In this document: positions 23,965 to 36,599 of the stretch, piece after piece
How positions within the stretch are numbered: position 1 is the stretch's first letter
How the letters are laid out: every line of letters begins with the position of its first letter
Assembly (NCBI GenBank): GCA_904063045.1
Contig: CAJFCJ010000039.1
Coordinates: 62,001 to 126,000 of the forward strand
Length of the DNA: 64,000 nucleotides
From: Dimorphilus gyrociliatus
Taxonomy: Eukaryota; Animalia; Annelida
Direction: 5' to 3'
Made by a program: the position numbers and the translations under genes
The notes under the pieces: generated by a model
Database searches by the model: none
What the model saw: the letters and a program-made list of their open reading frames with translations, nothing else
What the model was told of the DNA's origin: nothing

Positions 23965-25471
23965 ATGGTCATTTTAAAGGGAACAGGTGAATCTTCATCA
24001 GGCAAACACACGTTACAAATTTCCAATAAGATATGGGGGAAAAGAATACTTGGTTAGGATTAATTATCTACTTCTATTTCAAATAAATAACCCGAAATTT
24101 GTCTCTTTTTTGTAATGGCATATTCAACAATAGGATAAAGTAGACCGCAAGGCAAACTAATCCTATTTCTCTTTTAGGTGTTTCGCCGTTGGTTTTTTAA
24201 TTAATTAACCTGTCTTCTAAGCTATAGTTGCAGGCAAAATTTCAAGTCTCACAAACCGAGTGATTTCTAATGGGAATCGTAATGAAATAAACTTTTCTTC
24301 TATCCTTTTATCACTCCCTTTTTCTTTTTCCCTTCCCGGTCGCTGGTTTGTCACTTTTTCCCATTTTCTTCCCCTTTCAAGGCTCTACCGGATCAGTGTC
24401 GTTTATTAGGTAAACAATAAATATTTTTATTCCTTTATGCTAAATATTCTCGGTTAGATTTCTCTTCTCGAGATTGTTCTCAAATTTTTTCTATCTTACC
24501 TTTCTCCCTTCTCATTACCCTTTCGACTCTTTCGATTTCTTTTTTATCTCACATTTTACTCTTGTTCCTCTCTCTTCTTCGTTTTATGCGTCTAGCTAGT
24601 TTCTTAACGAACGACAAACAGAGAGAGGAAAAACAAACACCTAATAACGCCATCTATAGTCTAATCAAGTGAATAGAACTAACTGAATAAATGCTTTTCG
24701 TAAAGGAGAGCAGGAGAGTCTATTCAAACAAAGAAGTTTTACTCTATTGAACGAAGATATAGTGACATAGGACTAGATTAAAGCGAATCTCGAAACCTAG
24801 ATGTTTATTTACGAAATAAATTGTACTTTATTAAGGGACAATCGATGAGAAAACAAAAGTAGTCGACCAAGATTAGGACTATTAGCTCATAGGATTGTAA
24901 ATGATATGGAATTGAATGAGAATAGGCGTTATTTTTCCCTAATAATCATATAGGTTAAAACAAAAACAATAAGTCTAATTTTTTTTTAGAGGCAGCTTTC
25001 CTTTCGTGTTTGTCTTTAACTCTTGTTCTACATAGTCAACATAAAATATATAGCAAATCCTTTGATCTACTTAGACGCTTATAACCGCACCTTTTTCTAT
25101 GCAATAACTCTTTCGGAAACGTACAGAAAACTACTTTGATATGAATTTTTGTGTTATTTTCTTGGTATGTACAAACAATAATCAGTTTCTTCAATTTCCT
25201 ACAAATACACAACCAAAATATTTGATTGTGACTTTTTCTTTTTTATTATTCTTTCTTTATTTCTGTCTTTCTTCCTCTCTCTCTCTCTCTCTTTCTCTCT
25301 CCCTTCCTCCCTCCCTCCCTCCATAGTTCTGCCTTGGGCTTTCATTTTTGGCTTGTTCAACTGTATCTTGCGTATTTGATCTTTCTACTTGTTCAAATCA
25401 ATCAACAAATTTGTCGGCTGCAATTGCGGTAAACTTTCATTTATTTATTATTTTATTCAATCTTTCTTTAA

Positions 25472-25503
<32 letters not shown>

Positions 25504-26756
25504 CTATCTATTTGTTTCTCATATTCTCCAAGAGCAGATCCTTTCCAGCGTTATCGTTCTCGAGTATGCACACTGTCAGGCGGTTGAAAAGGAGAAAAAA
25601 TATTCACTGGTTAGTTTATTTTTATATTTTCTCTACTATTAATCATTGTTATTTATAGCAGACAACTTTTTTTTCTTTCATTATAACGATACTATTTTGT
25701 TTCTTTGTTTTCCCATTCAACAAAATCATTAAAAACTAGGGAGTATTAGCCTGCTCATCCATCTTTCTCATTATACCGGCAACCTGTAATTGTTTGTTCA
25801 ATTCATCTTTAAGAATATACGAAAAGATAAGGGTTGTTTCTTTAAATCAAACCCAATTTATCTCCAATATATTTTCGGCGAATGATGTAAGTTATATTAT
25901 ATTTTTGTACCAAAATCTCTTCTAGTAAATGATAAAACTGTTGTTGTTCTTAGAAAAATTTAACGGCATTGGAAATCTCTCTTCTAATAACTGCCTTTTT
26001 ATCGTTAACCGTCTCAGTCTACATCCTTTTCTCACGAATTAAAGCGATGCAATTAAAGAAGAGAGTAGGTTCCATTTGCTTCTTTCTCCTTTCTAATTGG
26101 ATCCTGATGCTAATTTTGCTAAATATAATTTTAAATTATTATTCTTTTATGTCATTGCAGGAGGCAACAAGTATTTATCCAACTGCATCGCCTATCTATT
26201 GTACCTTGTGCCATCAATGTATTAATTGTCGAAATATTGCAATTAATCAACAGCAATTCGACTCTCCGCTTTCGGATCAGGGGAACTTTTTACCAAGAAT
26301 CTCTTCGAGGGAAAGGTAAAGGCCGAAAAGGAAAGACACAAAGATAGAGGGAAAGAAGATGTGAAGAGAAGGAGGAAGGAAAGAAAGAAAGTAAATAAAA
26401 AAATAGCAAGCAACCAATAAACAATGTAGTAGAAGAACGAAAAAGGAAATTTTAATAAGCACTCTCTTTCTCCCATTTTGGAAAAGAATTCTATTTCTCA
26501 CTCATGCTTACTTAAGCTTTTCTCCGCTTCGGGCAATTTTCACGGCAGATTATATAGAGCTCTATGTCTATTGTTAAATATTAATATTTAATAAATAAAT
26601 CTATATAATTTAATAATTTCAATGAATTCTAAAGGTAAACTTTGTCCTTAGGAAAACAATGACAAGTATTATCTTTTATTTTATAGATTTTCGGAGGCTG
26701 CAGCAGCTATGTTTACGTTTAAGAAAGAAGAATAAAAACATAATTTTGGCCTAAAG
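23965..26756 (+). other. Candidate spliced transcript (exons 23965-23986, 26161-26315, 26687-?), lncRNA, small ORF or distal 5'UTR
   Basis: Acceptors ttttctacag|, gtcattgcag|, ttttatag| and donors CAG|GTGAAT, AAG|GTAAAG. No recognisable protein. Confidence 0.3.
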
Positions 26757-27199
26757 TAATTGAATTGAAATTTTATAAATCCGATACAATCTTAAATCCA
26801 GGACCAACTGGTTGTCTTACTTTCAAAGCAGACGTTTAAAGCTTTGTTAATCCGTGCAGGCTTTTAAATCCGTTAATGGACCAACTCAACATAGAAAATA
26901 TATATGTTAATAATTAAAGTAGATCTAATAAAACTTTTAGGCAAAAAATATGTAAAGAATAAAGAAATCTCCTTGTAGTTTTTGTTGTTTTTTTGTTTAA
27001 AATATGTATAGTTTTGTTTAAACTGATATCTTTGAAAAAGCCATTAGTAAACTGTACACTGGTCTTAGTTAAACAGACTCTCTCTCTCTCTCTTTCTCTT
27101 TCTTTATATACATTATCTATACACTGTCAAACATCCATTGAAATCTTTTAAAAGAAAGATATTTGTTGCTATTGTAGCTTTTTTCGTCTTGAATAATCT

Positions 27200-27877
27200 C
27201 TACAACTTCCAATTAACGGTAAAATAGTTCTGTGGTCGTTTAACTAGAACGCTATCGCTTCTTACCGAACGGATGGAGTTAGCGGAGTCAATTCTATACG
27301 ATTTGCTCGGTAAACTTTCCATCCAGTTCGAATGATGACCAGAAGAACTGGAATGTTTATAAGGGCTAGAATGGAGTCTTGGTAAGTTGGACCTCGAACC
27401 AGGTGTTATAGCAGTTCTTGGCCGAAATAGTAGCGGACTCTTTTGTAATTCGGTAATATTCTCTTCGACTTCGTCCTCTTTCTGCCAAGCGTTATGTAAA
27501 CGCCTTCTTTCGGCTGACTCCTGAGTTCGGCGAGAGATGATCCTATTAAAATTTGACGGTGATATAACAGGCTTTGAGATCTTTTGACTTGAAAATTGAC
27601 TTTGCATAGAATTTGCCCTTAAACTTCTTCTACTCTCGAACTGAGGTGATTTTGGAACGGCGGCTCCAGGTCTCGGTCCGTATACTCTTTGCAAAGGATT
27701 ATTCCAATTTAAACTCAATCTTTGCAGGCTAAAATTTAGAGTTTGTTGAGAATGAATATGAATAGGAGAAGATTGATCACGTGGTATTTCCAAGATATTT
27801 ACCAGTACATCATCCGGTTGAAAAGTGACTTTTTTCTTACGTTTTAAAGTTGGAGACGATGTCGACACAGTCGTCAT
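27200..27877 (-). CDS. 225-aa intronless basic Ser/Arg-rich disordered protein with N-terminal PP1-docking RVxF motif (KRKKKVTF)
   Basis: Long ORF in non-repetitive sequence with coding-like GC. KKVTF followed by the hydrophobic pair LV..I resembles RVxF-phi-phi PP1 docking sites. No domain recognised. Confidence 0.7.
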   Translation of the reverse strand: MTTVSTSSPTLKRKKKVTFQPDDVLVNILEIPRDQSSPIHIHSQQTLNFSLQRLSLNWNNPLQRVYGPRPGAAVPKSPQFESRRSLRANSMQSQFSSQKISKPVISPSNFNRIISRRTQESAERRRLHNAWQKEDEVEENITELQKSPLLFRPRTAITPGSRSNLPRLHSSPYKHSSSSGHHSNWMESLPSKSYRIDSANSIRSVRSDSVLVKRPQNYFTVNWKL

Positions 27878-29093
27878 ATTTTTTTGCAGTTTCTGCAGTT
27901 TCTTTTCGTAAAATCGTTAGTTTTTCAAGTCCGAGTCAATTGAATGTTAATAACAACATCGATTTCATCTCCCACCTTCATATTCTCTTCAATTAAACTG
28001 TATCCAACTGAAAAGCTAAGGGAAACAACTACACGACACTGCTTACAATTCCAACGTTCGATTAAGTATTGAACGAAACAACTGCAAAAGCAGACTATTA
28101 CTAATTCTCTAGATTAGTCGGCCATGAATAGATTAGTGGATTAGTTAAATATTTTCATTGTTAACCTTATTCAATAACATTTTTATCCTAAATTTCTTTA
28201 ACCATTTTTATTTTCAAACGGAAATCATCTATTTTCAAAGTTTTATGCCAATCCCTAATATTTTTTAATTAGCATAAACTAGCCGGCCTATCAGAAATGA
28301 GCGAATCGATAAGTGTCTTTTTGATGTACATTTTATATCTCAATACCTTTAAATGTTTAAGTAGATTAAAGACTATTTTGAGTACAACTTTGTACAATTA
28401 AGGAAGAATAGATAAATGGTCGTGTTTACTTTAAATATTTTATGAATATTGATAGAAATTCACTTTTCATTTATTAATCTTATTACTCGTTTTTTAGAAT
28501 CTCTCTTCTCGTTTGCTTTTCACTTTTCCGCTCTTCTCTTTTCATCATTTCCTCTTCTTCGTCTTTACAATTATGTTGTATACGTGAAATTTCTTTCTCT
28601 GGGAAATCCGATTATTAATATGACTTTACCCAGAAAGATACGGTTAGTCTATCTATAGACGCTGTCAAGAGGCTTCCTATATGAAGTAATCAACGCATTT
28701 TATAACAGCACACACAATATACACAGTATACTGTATACATTGTATATATAGATATATAGATATATATCCATATTTCCATGCAAAGTTACAAACAAATATA
28801 AATACAACTACAATATATTCATGTACATACGTGAATATATTAGTATATATATGTTTATACATATTTTCATTTATGGACATACTGAAAAACTTCCGCAAGC
28901 CTGTTCTTTATACACTCTGTAAAAAGAATTATTGATTTGCTGTAGGCCCCTGCTTGGCAGCAGCACTGCAGTTTTTTAGGAATACAGATCGTATGTAAGT
29001 ACTTTTCTTAGATTTCCACTAGCTGCAATTGACTAATTTTGCCGATATTTCAAAGGATATTTGTATATTTTTGTATATTTTCATATATTGCAG

Positions 29094-29154
29094 CCATGGC
29101 CCATTCAAATAGTTCAATCAATCGGACGACGAAGAAGAAAAGAGGTTCACCAAG
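29094..29154 (+). other. Upstream (5'UTR or N-terminal) exon of the RING/NHL gene, containing a strong-context upstream ATG
   Basis: tattgcag|29094 acceptor, AAG|GTATAT donor, next acceptor ttgtattgcag|29368 just before the main ATG (29385). GCCATGG at 29093-29099 opens a 21-codon uORF that stops at 29372-29374. Confidence 0.45.
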
Positions 29155-29384
29155 GTATATTTAGATATGAGTTGTAGAATAATCACAGGTTAAAATGCGC
29201 AATCACAAAAATCGAGTCATTCAATTATCTAAAACCAACATTATCATATTATATTCGCCTTCCACTTAATACTCCACATATAAATTCTAAATAATCAATA
29301 GAAACTAAATCGAGTAGATTTTTTTATATAACAGAACGATTAATAAAAATTGCCTTTTGTATTGCAGCTCATAAGACAAGTCAA

Positions 29385-30830
29385 ATGGATACTGATCAAG
29401 CTAGTAGTAGGGATAATCAGTCGTCTGTTAATTTCCTGGACCAGGCCAGCGCTCAACTATTCCAATGCAGTCTTTGTTTGGATGAGTACAACTCACCAAA
29501 AGCCTTGCCATGTTTGCACACTTATTGTGCCAAATGTCTATATCAGCATGTTCAGGTAGCCAAGAGTAGAGGCTACAAAGACACTTTCGAATGTCCCCAA
29601 TGTAGAATTGCAACCAAACTGCCAAACGGAGGACCTTTAGCTTTTCCTGATAATTTTTTGATAAACAGCGCTAGAGATTTATTTAGAGACTTGAAATTTA
29701 ATACAGAAAAGGAGAAGGAGGATGACGACGAGAGGAAAAACGTAGAGAGAGAGAAGCTGTTAAAATGTCTAGATGATCAAAATGAAAGGGTTAAAGAAGA
29801 AATAGATTACGCTTATAAGAAATTTACTAGAATTCTATTAGTGAATCAACAGAAGGACTTGGAAGATTTAAAAGAAGCTACTAACAAATTGAAATACTCC
29901 ATTTCCAATTCTGATAATTCTCAATTTAAAGCCGGTGTATTACGTCATAATTGTAATTTTCAACCATTCGATTATTCATTTTTGGAGGCCGTTATGGAAA
30001 CTAGGAAACCTTTACTTAGAATATTTTCAACATTCAAAAGGCCTAAATTAAAGTATATATTTAATGTAACTTGCGATTGGCTAATGGATATGTCAAGTTA
30101 TGAGGATAATTTGATACTTGTAAAAAGAATCTCTTCTCATAGAGGAACTGTAGCTAAATTCAGTGAAGATGGCGTTGAATTAAAGGATCTATACGGTAAT
30201 ATTCCCGCTAGGTGCGCCATCGTCGGAAAGACCTTGTACGTCACGGATTGGGTCGATAACTTTTTACAAGTAATAGATCTCACCGATAAGGATAAGACTG
30301 TCAAATCGATTGAAGCAGCGTCAACCGAATCTTCTTCCAATCCGTTCAATTTGATTAATTGCGGTAACTGCCTTATGGTCTTGCATCACAAAAGTGCCGA
30401 TGGTCTAGCAACAATTCTCGGTCCGACATGGACAGCCCAAATTCAAAAGGCGCTACCCGAAGAAATTAAATTTCACTGGTACGCCTGTCACGTGACCGGT
30501 AGTACAATCGCGGTAACGGATAAAGAGGAGAGTTGCGTAAGATTTGTAAGAGTAGATAAGGCAAAAAGTTTATCTTCCGTAAAAGTGAAAGAGGGATTAC
30601 TCTTTCCGGCCGGTATGTGTAATGATGTGAAATCTTGCCGAATTCTATTAGCAGACAGACAAGCTGGTCGAATTCAAATATTATCGTACGACGGAGAGAT
30701 TGTGGGTGAACTGTTAAATAAAGAAGACGGATTAAAAGAACCACGACTTGTGCATATAAATGAAGTTACGAATTCTTTATATGTAGGCGAACAAGACGGA
30801 ACTGTTAGAGTATACGAATACCTCTACTAA
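29385..30830 (+). CDS. TRIM-related E3 ligase: C3HC4 RING + short coiled coil + NHL-like beta-propeller (481 aa, no B-box)
   Basis: CSLCLDEYNSPKALPCLHTYCAKC...FECPQCR RING, followed by LPNGG...FPDNFLIN typical of TRIM2/3/45/56-like RINGs. C-terminal repeats such as FPAGMC..., ILLADRQAGRIQILSYDGE and LYVGEQDGTVRVYEY are NHL-like. Confidence 0.9.
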   Translation: MDTDQASSRDNQSSVNFLDQASAQLFQCSLCLDEYNSPKALPCLHTYCAKCLYQHVQVAKSRGYKDTFECPQCRIATKLPNGGPLAFPDNFLINSARDLFRDLKFNTEKEKEDDDERKNVEREKLLKCLDDQNERVKEEIDYAYKKFTRILLVNQQKDLEDLKEATNKLKYSISNSDNSQFKAGVLRHNCNFQPFDYSFLEAVMETRKPLLRIFSTFKRPKLKYIFNVTCDWLMDMSSYEDNLILVKRISSHRGTVAKFSEDGVELKDLYGNIPARCAIVGKTLYVTDWVDNFLQVIDLTDKDKTVKSIEAASTESSSNPFNLINCGNCLMVLHHKSADGLATILGPTWTAQIQKALPEEIKFHWYACHVTGSTIAVTDKEESCVRFVRVDKAKSLSSVKVKEGLLFPAGMCNDVKSCRILLADRQAGRIQILSYDGEIVGELLNKEDGLKEPRLVHINEVTNSLYVGEQDGTVRVYEYLY

Positions 30831-33800
30831 TCAAACACAAGCCACTATGTTCATAGTTTTGTTTTATTGATAAAGGAAATGTTCATCTTAAATATTCAAA
30901 AGTATTGGATAGCGCACAATGCTGTTGTTCCGTTCGTTTCAATGAATGTTGCAAAGAGGCTTAAAAAGCTGTTTAACTTAGTTGGAGGGAAGGCGATGAT
31001 ATTGTTGAAACTATTCTTTTTTAAATGAAACTAATTTAAAGAGAAAGAACACGAATAAATGAATTAAATATCTAGGAAGAACTACTATTCTCTTAATAGT
31101 TCATCCATCTATCTTGCTATCTCTCTATCTAGCATTCTATCTTTATCTATATATTTATCAGTCTATTCACTTTTCTATTCGTTTGTCATTCCAGTACAAT
31201 TTATTAGAGCTTTATGCCTCTAATTCACCTTTGTATCTATATATAAACTAGAGACATCTTACGTACAAAAAGGAAGAGAGAATGCGCACGAATTTACGTG
31301 CTTAAACTTGCCAAAGGTCGTTTCAGAAAAGAAACGAACGATAAATCAATAAAGAAAACTGGAATAGAGATACATGTCCTTCGTAATATGAGATAAATAA
31401 ACTAAGACACTTTTATACGTTTAACGTTTCTGTTCCAAAGTCCTTAACTTGCCCAAACGCCTCTTAAAGGATAAAAGAGGTTTAAGCCATCTCAATGATA
31501 GAGAGAGAGAAAGACAGAAGAATATAACCTTGTTGTCTTTTATCTATCTTTCGTCCTCTTATAAATATTATACAATGAAAAGAAATTCATCTCCTCATTC
31601 TCTTTTCATTCACATTTAATTCTCCACTTTTTATCTATTTATTAAATTATCATACAGTATAATTTACAGGGTTCGACTATGAATTGATAATGATGTTAAT
31701 AATAAACTATAATTCTCTAAGTACATAATTGCTTCTTCTAAGTTTTTATTTCTATTTTCTTATTTATTTAAAGCCATTTATCATCCCGCTTTAGCTAAAA
31801 TTATGTGCATCAATTTCTGCATGTTGAAAATCCGCCGTGTCCTGAGAAAAATTTAGCCTCTCCATAAGGTTATCTTACCATCTAATTAATCATTTATCCG
31901 TCTATCCTACTATCAATCCATCTACCCTACCCCACTTGTCTCTTTTCTGCCGCGAAAAATATTTGGCTTGGGCAACAGAGAGCGTGGAGGAAAAGGCATG
32001 CATTGCCAATTCTTGTGCTGGTATTTAGGCGGTGGAAATCAGTGAGAAATATTAGGTCAAGGGCAAATATCTTTCGAATACTTTTCTAAAAGTGAAAGCA
32101 ATTTACTTGTAGTGTTTCTCTTTGCATTGTCCCTGTTTACTTCGTTTGAAATAGGAAAATAATTAACAAACTGGCTGAGTTGATATCACTACACTGTATT
32201 GGCTGTGTATTATTTATATATATTATAGTATTTACTCGTGTCTCTCCTCTCATCTTTCGTTTCCTTCCATACTCATGACAGTCGTGACTCTATTCTAAGA
32301 CACTAATAACAGTTGCGATACTGACTGAAAAAGCCCAATTTATTTCTAAGAAACTCCTTAATTGTTCGTCTTCCGCTCAAAGGTCATTACGTAGGTCAAA
32401 AAAACTGCTTGAGGACGAGTTTGAAATTTCCCAAGTAGAGTTATCATAGGAAGTCTTAATTAAACTCGTTAGTTTATTTATAAGAAACAATCCCAACTTC
32501 ATAAACTGTCCTTGTTGATTATTTCTTTGGAGAATACCTTCAAGATGTAATTTTTCCTGAAGATTTAACAGAAAACTATCTTATCGTTTGGAACTACTGT
32601 GTGTGTATGTGTGTGGGAGGAATGGGAGATCGAGAGAGACAGAGAGACAGAGACAGAGAGGAGGGGAGGGGGGCAGGAGAAAAGAATTAAATAGAAAATA
32701 TCTTCTCCTTGGGGAAATTTTCATCTTTTCAAAAAGAAAACGACGACAATTAATGTAGAAATCCCTTTAAAGGTGTTGTTTTTTTCCTTAAGCTAATTAA
32801 TAATCATGAATGATGAAGATCAGGAAGAAAAAACAATGATTTAAAAAAAAATACTATGGAATTTACAGAATCTCTATTACTAGAAGACGTAAAGTAAATA
32901 TTTCTTTATCTCTGACAGTATTATACTTTCTTTATGCGTCGGCATCCTATTCAAAAGTCACTCCATCAAAAGGAATAATAACGTCTAATCGGCTTCAATT
33001 TTCCCAGATTATTTACCCACAAACATAAGAAGAATGCTAAAGATAAATAAGGCATAAATTTTTTCCAAACAGCCTCCAATGTATATAAAGGAGAAGGAGA
33101 AGGGAACACACGACGGTTGGTTGGTATTTCATAACTTTTTCCAGGCGTCACATTCTTTTCAATTATTTAATAATTTTACTTTAATTGACCATTAAAATAA
33201 TACCAAATTTATTTAAGGGAGACGCCCGAGAAGAAATTACCATCTTTAATTTATTTATTTTCTTTAATCATCTTAAAATACTTTTTCTTCTTTCTCTCCT
33301 TTTTTCTTTCCCTCTTTTAAACAAGACTATAAGCCTTGAAGATTTCAATTAAAAATTTATATATAATTGATACTTATTTGATTGTAGATGAGTGCGTCTA
33401 AATATAAATATACAGTTTATACAGTAATAGACGTATACTATAATTGGTTGATTATACTAGTTTTTATCATTCTTTTATTTATTCATAACGATAATCTAAG
33501 CGCTCTCTTAGACATTATTAATGATAATCTACGAATTTTCAACGATAAGTCTATTATTTGCTAGTAGAACAATACCATTGTCAAGCAGATCTAATCTCGT
33601 ATTCAGGATTAAATAAGAACTAAACACCCAAACGAGAATTTTCCGAGAAATTGTTAGTAAATCAGTAGAATTCTTTTGTTCTTTCAAAAGATGAACAAAT
33701 GAAAACTGGTAGGAGTTAAAAAAAAATGAAAAAACGAAACAAACATTAACAAGAATTATAGTTAATAAGCAAAATAATAAAAACATTTCGATCGGCTTTA

Positions 33801-34401
33801 TTCCTTTTCATTTAAATCGTCTTTTCCTCGTAATTAGCCAATTTCATCAATTATTAGAGTTAATATTATTCATTTAAGTAATTAAGTAAAAATACTAATT
33901 TAATTATGCATTTAATGATTAGTCTATGTTATTAAAAGAGACAAGAATTGCTAATGAAATAACTAAGCAGAGAAGAGAATAAGATAAAAAATTAAAGTGT
34001 CTATTAAAGAGAGAAAAAGAGGAGGTGAAGAGAATAGTAAAAAGAGAGAGAGAGAGAGAGAGAGGAGGGGGGGGAGAGAGAGACTGAAAGAAAGAGGGTA
34101 GGGGGCAAAGGGAAGAGAAATTAAAAAGCCATGAAGTATTTCAATTATATAATTATATCAAGATAATAGCAGAGGCAATATTTTGGTAATGGATTTTTTC
34201 TTTATATATAACATCATATATGCATTTAAAATGTCTTTAGTTATTTATTTAAATTGATTTTTATTGATTAATAAAAAATTATTGTCAAATGTTTTGCCAT
34301 TTCGTAATATAAAAAACGGAAAAAACACCAAGTGCAACTCTGTTTGTTATTTTCTGATGGAATTGTTTATTTGTTTATTTTCTTCATAATATTTGATTTA
34401 T

Positions 34402-36229
34402 TTAGTTATTCCATAATAAGCCTCTTTCAAATATTACAGGATCCTGTGTTTCCCAAAGAACGTTCCATAATTTTTGATATTTTCCTCCCGAATCGGATTG
34501 GAAAACCAGAGGAAAGGTCATATTCGGATTATTTCCCTTGCGTACTATAAATTCTATTGGTCCTATTAATTTAGCCACGAATATTTGTTCGTCAATAGTT
34601 GGTAGTAGTTTAGCGTATCCTATATGACCCGATTTTGCCTTTAACGACTCCTCTGATTCGTCATACCAGACAGTAGTATTGGCGAAAAGTGGATGTCCGT
34701 ACTCTCCAGTGTACTTTTCCGCATTCATTTTAACGTGATTTGTGAAAGAGAGCGGTGGGATATCGAAACGACTCTTTTCCTTTTCAGGCAGGGCCGATTT
34801 CGGGATGTTATTGATCCAAGGTTCGGGATACGTGCAGGCTGTTGTATCATTAATAAACGGTTTCCTTCCTTGTAAAATGTCACTGATGTAATACGTTACA
34901 GCTACCATGGTATTACTGCAATTAAGAAAATACATTATTTAACAATAAAGTATTGTTATATTTGTTAGCCAACCTTGACGCATACGTATTTCCACCAACA
35001 AAAACACCAGATTTAATATCTGGATACAAGTAAATAAGAGAATTAAACCCATTAATTGATCCACCGTGCATGGAAGCTCTATATCCTCCGTAAGTTCCTA
35101 TACTCCAACCCAATCCGTAGGTTGTTTGCGAGTTCTCTACAGGAAAGTATGGACGACGCTGTACGAAAGGCAATTTATTGCACGACCTAGTTTAAACCTA
35201 AAAATAAATTATAAAGAAAACTACTTACAACGCTGTTTGGATCAAAATTGCTTGCGAATTGCGGTGAATGAATGTCTAATAGAGCGTCTCTATTGAATAT
35301 TGTTTTATTTTTAAATTTTCCTTCATTTAAATTAACTAAAATCCAGTTAGCCATATCGGTAGCCGAACTGAAGATACCACCAGAAGATTCTCCACCTAAA
35401 ACACTTTCTATATTTATCCTATCGATTCTCTTAAGCCGAGAATCAATATCATCATAAGAGTGTGGAGATGCAAACTTTTTCCAATCCCAATTATTGATAT
35501 TGCTTATTAAATCAGTATCTCTCATTTCGAGAGGATCAGCTAATTCAGTTTTGAAAACTTCCTCATAAGTTTTACCGCTAATTCTTTCAATTATACAACC
35601 AGCTAAAGTTAGCATGAAATTACTATATCTGTAGAACAGAAAACGATAAATAGATAATTTCTTTAACGGATAATAAAAACTATTAGAGAATTGTTTCTTA
35701 TTATTTACCTATAACGCCATCTAAACCCAATCGATTTAATATGATTTAAGCGGCCACAATACTCTTGCCGGCTATGAACTGGATCTAAACCAATTGCCCA
35801 AGTGAATCCATAGCCCAGATAGCCCAGTTTATGCGAAAGTAAATCTCTAATGGTTGCTTGATTCGTATTTATATCGTTTCCCAAATTCAACTCTGGAACA
35901 ATATCCTTCAGCAAAGAATCCATATTGAAATTAGACTTTTCCAATACTTTGGTCATTAAAGCCGCAGTAAAAGCTTTCGATAAAGACCCTATACTGAAGC
36001 TGCTATGAGCATCGGCCAATGCATCATCCGATTCAATGTCGAGACTTCCAAAGGCTTCCGTCATCTCAATTTTATTGTTGTCAACAACGGTTACAGTAAA
36101 ACCGGGCACATTGTTACAGTTTATGGTGTGCCTAATAAAACGTCGAATGTCGTCCTTTTCATCGTCTGTGATGGAGAGAGCAAGCTGCAGGGAGGCGGCA
36201 AGAAAAATAGCGACTAATTTTAATTGCAT
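34402..36229 (-). CDS. Secreted serine beta-lactamase / AmpC-like (peptidase S12 family) protein, 4 exons, 535 aa
   Basis: Exons 36229-35709, 35628-35229, 35158-34986 and 34915-34402 sum to 1608 nt, with 70-80 nt GT-AG introns. Signal peptide MQLKLVAIFLAASLQLALS; catalytic motifs S-L-S-K, Y-S-N (just after the intron 1 junction) and H-G-G; TIRDLLSH and YGLGW family motifs; C-terminal KYTGEYGHPLF extension. Confidence 0.9.
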
Positions 36230-36599
36230 CTTGTGCTGTAGAATAAAAAGTTTTATTAACTGTTAAACCTACGCGCTTATATACTTGAAAAGTCTAATCA
36301 AACTGCATCGAGAATGGTCAGAGATAAGTTAAAGATAAGAAAAAGAAATGACTCTTCCTATGATTCATATTCAGCCGCTATTAGAGCTATTCATTCAAAA
36401 CACCCTAATTATTGTCCTACTCTACTAAGAGGAAGATAAGAAATATGTACAACGACTAGTAGAAAAAGAGACGTCTGTATTTATGATCTCTATAGCTGAA
36501 AATCAATTTCCATTTAAATGTAGTATTTACTAATAATCATATGAATAGTTAGTCTGTTTTAATGCAACTGCCACTACGTTAATGGAAATAGTAAACAAA

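Noticed and set aside
33-26501. Dozens of 60-120-aa ORFs in the supplied track (RERE, SLSL, IYIY and poly-F/K runs)
   Set aside because: They translate microsatellites and polypyrimidine tracts and have no domain or splice support. The same applies to similar ORFs at 40785-41753, 48935-53070 and 56705-61895.
32280-33790. Decayed coding sequence or small minus-strand gene between the TRIM-like and lactamase genes
   Set aside because: Short open stretches, but no recognisable homology or consistent exon chain.
35198-35228. 31-nt or 42-nt intron 2 in the beta-lactamase-like gene
   Set aside because: These give an immediate stop or the wrong phase; the 70-nt intron ending at tcgtacag|35158 restores the frame and the YGLGW motif.
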